From the NCBI GenBank assembly GCA_965277285.1, contig OZ255721.1, positions 1,568,001-1,632,000 of the forward strand: a DNA stretch of 64,000 bases, given 5' to 3'. Positions within the stretch are counted from its first letter, which is position 1. Each line of letters opens with the position of its first letter. The position numbers and the translations under genes were made by a program. The DNA comes from Abditibacteriaceae bacterium. Its GTDB lineage: Bacteria > Armatimonadota > Abditibacteriia > Abditibacteriales > Abditibacteriaceae. Below are positions 59,389-64,000 of this stretch, one piece after another. Below the pieces are notes generated by a model. The model searched no databases and was not told the DNA's origin. It worked only from the letters and a program-made list of their open reading frames with translations.

Positions 59389-59817
59389 ATGCCCACGCGT
59401 GATAAAATAACGCGCGTGCAAAAGCTTCATTTGTCTACGAAACAAGCGAACGAGTTCGTCAACATCACGGCGGACGTAAAAAAAGCGGTGCAGGAAAGCG
59501 GCGTCAAGCGCGGTTTGTGCGTGGTTCACGCCCCGCACACGACTGCCGCCATCACGGTTCAGGAAGGCTACGACCCGGATGTCATACGCGATATTTTGAT
59601 GTCGCTTGATCAGCAAGTGCCGCGCGAAAATGATTATCGTCATGCCGAAGGCAACAGCGCCGCGCACATCAAAACTTTGATGACCGGCAGCAGCCAGACT
59701 TTAGCCATCGAGTACTCGACATTGCAACTGGGACGCTGGCAGGCCGTTTTCTTTTGCGAATTCGATGGCCCACGCGAACGCACGGTTTGGATACAAATAA
59801 TTAAGGATGAAGGATGA
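59389..59817 (+). CDS. yjbQ: YjbQ/UPF0047 family protein
   Basis: PHTTAAIT.QE, YRHAEGNSAAHIK, LGRWQAVFFCEFDGPR. Confidence 0.92.
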   Translation: MPTRDKITRVQKLHLSTKQANEFVNITADVKKAVQESGVKRGLCVVHAPHTTAAITVQEGYDPDVIRDILMSLDQQVPRENDYRHAEGNSAAHIKTLMTGSSQTLAIEYSTLQLGRWQAVFFCEFDGPRERTVWIQIIKDEG

Positions 59818-59899
59818 AACTTGAAGGATGAAGAAATCGCGTCCGAACTTCATCCTTCATCCCTCATAATCCATCCTTCTTTTTACCGGAGGTGAAACT

Positions 59900-60004
59900 A
59901 TGGCTCGTCAACGTCAGCAGGAAATCAAGCGTCGCCGCAAGCGCCGCGAAGAACGTATCAAAGAGAATATCAAAAGCGCCAAAAGCGCCAGCAAAAAGAA
60001 GTAA
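59900..60004 (+). CDS. 34-aa basic protein, DUF6800-like (not in ORF track)
   Basis: GGAGGTGA RBS; MARQRQQEIKRRRKRREERIKENIKSAKSASKKK. Confidence 0.7.
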   Translation: MARQRQQEIKRRRKRREERIKENIKSAKSASKKK

Positions 60005-60240
60005 TTCGTTGTGCAACCTACGGCAAAAGCCGCGTTCGAGTACTCGATAACGTCCGTTCAACGAGTGATATAACGCGGCTTTTGTGCGTTTTAAGATGCG
60101 AAGTACTGAGCCGATCTTGTACCGATTTTTGACGCCGTGAAGCGTGTTCGTTATAATGCGCGCCAGAATACGCGACAGTTTCCATCGCGTTCTTTTGTGT
60201 TTTTCGTGCCTTTTCGCGGCCTTCATTTGGCTTTCACTTT

Positions 60241-60924
60241 ATGATAAACGTCGCGCTTTCTTCATCTGACCGCAAGTTTTCGCGCGAGTTGCGCTTGCAA
60301 CTCGTCGGCTGGGGTTATCGTCCGTGGATGGCCGACCCCGAAGAACCGCTGCTCGAACAATTGCATGATCGCGGCGCCGATTTGCTGCTCCTCGATTTCA
60401 CGTCTTCGCCCGCCGATGCGCCATCTTCGGTGCGTTCTCTCAAGCGCAACGCCGAACTTAAACATATCGCCGTTGTCGCCATTGTCGATGCGCGCGACGC
60501 CGTAACGCTCGATTTTTCAGTTGGACTGGAAGATTTTCTGGTCAAGTCCGATTCGTTCGAGGAATTGGAAACGCGCATCAAATTCGTCTTGTGGCGCTTG
60601 TCGAAAGTCGATTCCAAAGATACAGTCAAAGCCGGCGCGCTGGTGATGAACCTGGCCAGTTATCAGGTTTCGGTCAAGGGCGAAACCATTGAACTGACCT
60701 ACAAAGAATACGAACTTTTGCGCTTTTTGCTGACGCATCGCGGACGCGTATTTTCGCGCGATGCGCTTTTGCGTCACGTCTGGGGCGAAGAATATCTGGG
60801 CGGCACGCGCACGGTCGACGTTCACATTCGCCGACTGCGCGCCAAAATCGGCACCGAGTTCGACGAACTGATTCAAACGGTGCGCAACGTCGGCTACAAA
60901 TTCATCGAAGAAAACAAGTCGTAA
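60241..60924 (+). CDS. glnR: OmpR-family orphan response regulator, actinobacterial GlnR-like
   Basis: Atypical receiver; wHTH YLGGTRTVDVHIRRLRAKIG.E..LIQTVRNVGY; no kinase adjacent; upstream of P-II and glnA. Confidence 0.72.
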   Translation: MINVALSSSDRKFSRELRLQLVGWGYRPWMADPEEPLLEQLHDRGADLLLLDFTSSPADAPSSVRSLKRNAELKHIAVVAIVDARDAVTLDFSVGLEDFLVKSDSFEELETRIKFVLWRLSKVDSKDTVKAGALVMNLASYQVSVKGETIELTYKEYELLRFLLTHRGRVFSRDALLRHVWGEEYLGGTRTVDVHIRRLRAKIGTEFDELIQTVRNVGYKFIEENKS

Positions 60925-60944
60925 GCGTTTTGAGTACTCGATTT

Positions 60945-62225
60945 ATGATTCGTTTTCCTCTTCTCGCCATTTCGGCTGTCGCGCTAACTTCGAGCAAATG
61001 TCTTGTTGCAATTGCTAAAAGTCCGGTAGCGAAGCATTCTGTTGTTGCAAACAATGTAAAATTTCCCAGGCCAAACCGCGTTGATCGTCTCGTCACTATT
61101 CTCTTGAATCCTACTCTGGAAATAGAACAAGAGTCAGAGGTTATGGATGAGATTGAAACTCTGCCACTCGCGGATCAATTGATAGCTTATCGCCGCCTCG
61201 CCAATACAGCTTCTAACCCGGAAGTTGTTTCCGCATCCCTCCAAGACCTAATTTATTTGCATACTTCAGACGCGTATCGAGTACTGGAAAAGCGATTGCC
61301 GGGCTTGCCGTCGTATTACCAAAATCTTTTAATTAGTACTCTTCTCGTACGCAGTTACTTGAACATTGATAAAAGATTGATTGAGGCCATGCGGCCTCTC
61401 ACCAGAAAACTTTTAACGGCAGAAAGTGGCAAAGATCAGCAAAGAGAGTTCGCTTCCGCAATCGGCGCGGCCACTCTGGTTTTGGCTTATAGCGCGCAAA
61501 ACGAAGACAAACTGTTGATTCGCGCGGCTTTGAAGAAGTTTCCTCGTGCGAGCAGCATTTGGCTGGCGGCGGCGCAAGCCAAAGTCATTGGGAAAGAAGA
61601 ACAAGAGTTGGCTCGGAAACTCATACCGGATTTGAACAAGCCTTTGATCGTGATCGAAAAACTTCCTACTCGGCAACCTTACGACTCAGAGTTGCGATCT
61701 GCTATTGCAATTGCTCTTGCGCCTTATGAGAAAGACTTTTACAATGCTGTGCACTTGCAATCAGATAGGTCTTTCCAAGAGTTTGGGAAATCTTCCGACA
61801 CGGAAGTAATGAAGATGTTTTGGTCGAAGGATTCTTATAATGTCTTTCTCTATGGCGCAAACGCTGAGTTCATTTCAAGGCTGATATTCCTCAACGTGCC
61901 ATTCGACCAAAATCCGGTTTCGCAAGCTATCCATTACAAAAGTGTTCTGATGAGACGATCTGCTTATCCCGTTATCGCCGATAAATATCCAGACGACTTT
62001 CTAAAGCTGGCTAAAGCAGGTCGCATAGATGCTGGCGATCCAGAAACATTCGAGGCTTTGATGGCATTTTTCGTTTCCCGTCATCCGCAGCAAAAGAACC
62101 AGATTTTAGAAGTCATATCGCAGGCTCGGCTTCTGAAGGGTCAGAAGCTTCTGCAAGAATTTGGAATTACTGCACTTCTGGGCGGTGGCGCATACAGTTT
62201 CTTAGGCTTTTACATGCAACCATGA
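60945..62225 (+). CDS. Secreted helical hypothetical protein
   Basis: Long ORF, signal-like N-terminus, visibly more AT-rich than neighbours. Confidence 0.7.
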   Translation: MIRFPLLAISAVALTSSKCLVAIAKSPVAKHSVVANNVKFPRPNRVDRLVTILLNPTLEIEQESEVMDEIETLPLADQLIAYRRLANTASNPEVVSASLQDLIYLHTSDAYRVLEKRLPGLPSYYQNLLISTLLVRSYLNIDKRLIEAMRPLTRKLLTAESGKDQQREFASAIGAATLVLAYSAQNEDKLLIRAALKKFPRASSIWLAAAQAKVIGKEEQELARKLIPDLNKPLIVIEKLPTRQPYDSELRSAIAIALAPYEKDFYNAVHLQSDRSFQEFGKSSDTEVMKMFWSKDSYNVFLYGANAEFISRLIFLNVPFDQNPVSQAIHYKSVLMRRSAYPVIADKYPDDFLKLAKAGRIDAGDPETFEALMAFFVSRHPQQKNQILEVISQARLLKGQKLLQEFGITALLGGGAYSFLGFYMQP

Positions 62226-62238
62226 CGCGTTTTGATAG

Positions 62239-62721
<483 letters not shown>

Positions 62722-62804
62722 ATCAGGGATGAGGTAAAAGGGATGAGTAACATCGAGTACTCGTCCCTCATCCCTTTCTACTATTCCGAAGGAGATTTTC
62801 TTTA

Positions 62805-64000
62805 ATGGCAGATGTAAAATCGGTTATCGCGATGGCTGAAGAAGCCGGGGCGCAGTTTATTGACTTGAAGTTCACCGGACTTTTGGGTGATATGCAGCAC
62901 TTGACTTATCCGGTCGAGGCGCAGCTCAACGAAGACTTTTTCAACACCGGCGTGATGTTCGATGGTTCGAGCATCCGTGGTTTCCAGACCATCGACAAGT
63001 CGGATATGTTGCTGTTGCCCGATGCGTCCACCGCTTTCATGGATCCGGCTTACGATACGCCGACGCTCAGCGTTTTCGCGTCCATTCTCGATCCCATCAC
63101 GCGCGAAGCGTATTCCCGCGATCCGCGCGGCGTCGTCGCCAAAGCCGTTTCGTATATGCAAAGCACTGGCATCGCCGATACCGCGTTTTTTGGCCCGGAA
63201 GCTGAATTCTTCTTGTTCAATGGCGTGAGTTTTGGCGGTCACAAAGTCGCTGGCGGCATTGACGGCCATTATTCGCACTACAAAGTCGAAAGCGTCGAAG
63301 GCGATTGGCACAACGGCGCGCCAGTTTACGACGAAAATACCGGCGAATACAACTCCGGTCGTCGTCCTCGCAACAAAGGCGGCTACGTTCCGGTTCCGCC
63401 AACTGACAGCTTGACCGAAGTGCGCAACGAAATCGTGCGCACTTTGCAAGAAGCCGGAATCAAGGTTGACGTTCATCACCACGAAGTCGCGTCCGGCGGA
63501 CAATGCGAAATCGGCATCACGCTGAACACACTGGAAAAAATGTGCGACACCATGATGGTTCACAAATACATCGTGAAAAACGTCGCGGCGCGCAACGGCA
63601 TGACGGCGACGTTTATGCCCAAGCCAATTTTCGGCGACAATGGCACGGGAATGCACTGTCACCAATCGTTGTGGAAAGACGGCAACACCTTGATGTATGA
63701 CGAAAATGGCTACGCGCAATTGTCCGATCTGGCGCGCTGGTACATCGGCGGCATCTTGAAGCACGCGCCCGCCCTGCTCGCTTTCACCAACGCTTCGACC
63801 AACTCGTATCATCGCCTGGTTCCCGGCTACGAAGCGCCGATTTATCTGCTTTATTCGCAGGGCAATCGTTCGGCTGCGGTGCGTATTCCGTTGACCGGCA
63901 ACAAGGCCAAAGCCAAGCGCATCGAGTTCCGCACGCCGGATGTAACGGGCAACATTTACCTCAGTTTGGCCGCGCAGTTGATGGCTGGTTTGGACGGCGT
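62805..64000 (+). CDS. glnA: Glutamine synthetase type I (partial, runs off window; not in ORF track)
   Basis: AAGGAG RBS; FDGSSIRGF, FGPEAEFF, KGGY, HHHEVA, TFMPKPIFGDNGTGMH, RLVPGYEAP, GNRSA, RIEFR. Confidence 0.97.
   Translation, partial: MADVKSVIAMAEEAGAQFIDLKFTGLLGDMQHLTYPVEAQLNEDFFNTGVMFDGSSIRGFQTIDKSDMLLLPDASTAFMDPAYDTPTLSVFASILDPITREAYSRDPRGVVAKAVSYMQSTGIADTAFFGPEAEFFLFNGVSFGGHKVAGGIDGHYSHYKVESVEGDWHNGAPVYDENTGEYNSGRRPRNKGGYVPVPPTDSLTEVRNEIVRTLQEAGIKVDVHHHEVASGGQCEIGITLNTLEKMCDTMMVHKYIVKNVAARNGMTATFMPKPIFGDNGTGMHCHQSLWKDGNTLMYDENGYAQLSDLARWYIGGILKHAPALLAFTNASTNSYHRLVPGYEAPIYLLYSQGNRSAAVRIPLTGNKAKAKRIEFRTPDVTGNIYLSLAAQLMAGLDG

Larger units (their letters stand above)
722..60047. repeat. 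Dispersed highly iterated palindrome TCGAGTACTCGA (47 perfect copies counted by eye)
   Basis: Starts: 722,1097,1961,4023,4960,5556,7732,8216,8350,9459,11363,13591,15013,16368,17083,17671,19134,19624,21570,22431,22934,23085,24046,25128,27306,29528,32600,33644,34551,36733,38832,40083,40498,41871,43572,46624,47504,48620,49745,50854,51467,52216,54186,54309,58535,59708,60036. Confidence 0.98.

Noticed and set aside
59803..59870. GGATGAA heptamer repeats with inverted copies (also near 62725-62775)
   Set aside because: Common simple intergenic hairpin repeat; no sign of an RNA gene
722..60047. Iterated palindrome as a CRISPR repeat or cloning/adapter artefact
   Set aside because: Copies are irregularly spaced with no spacer array or cas genes; in-gene copies keep the frame and often fit the protein, and mismatch variants exist, which argues against ligated linkers
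62802..63812. 336-aa minus-strand ORF
   Set aside because: Antisense shadow of glnA, which the ORF track missed because it has no stop in the window

Overview
Bacterial chromosomal window, GC-rich and gene-dense. Gene content (DUF1559/H-X9-DG prepilin-like proteins beside LacI regulators and glycoside hydrolases) suggests Abditibacteriota/Armatimonadota; this is an inference. Contents in order: housekeeping genes (sepF partial, yggS, rpsT, rnhA, ppa, ndk, aspS, actP); a urea/guanidine carboxylase operon with ABC importer; carbohydrate loci (frameshifted GH92-malectin, two GH13, malQ, sugar ABC, GH125, GH43); an McrBC-like pair; a complete 2565-bp IS1595-family element with passenger ORFs; and a nitrogen cluster (GlnR-like regulator, P-II, partial glnA). 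The strongest unexplained signal is a highly iterated palindrome, WTCGAGTACTCGAW. I counted by eye 47 perfect copies of the 12-bp core (about 1 per 1.4 kb), half of them inside genes in all three reading frames. It resembles cyanobacterial HIP1 in behaviour but not in sequence. Second, an actinobacterial-type GlnR appears to have matching triple boxes with identical promoter geometry before P-II/glnA and before the carboxylase operon. Intergenic DNA holds several families of nested REP/MITE-like palindromes.
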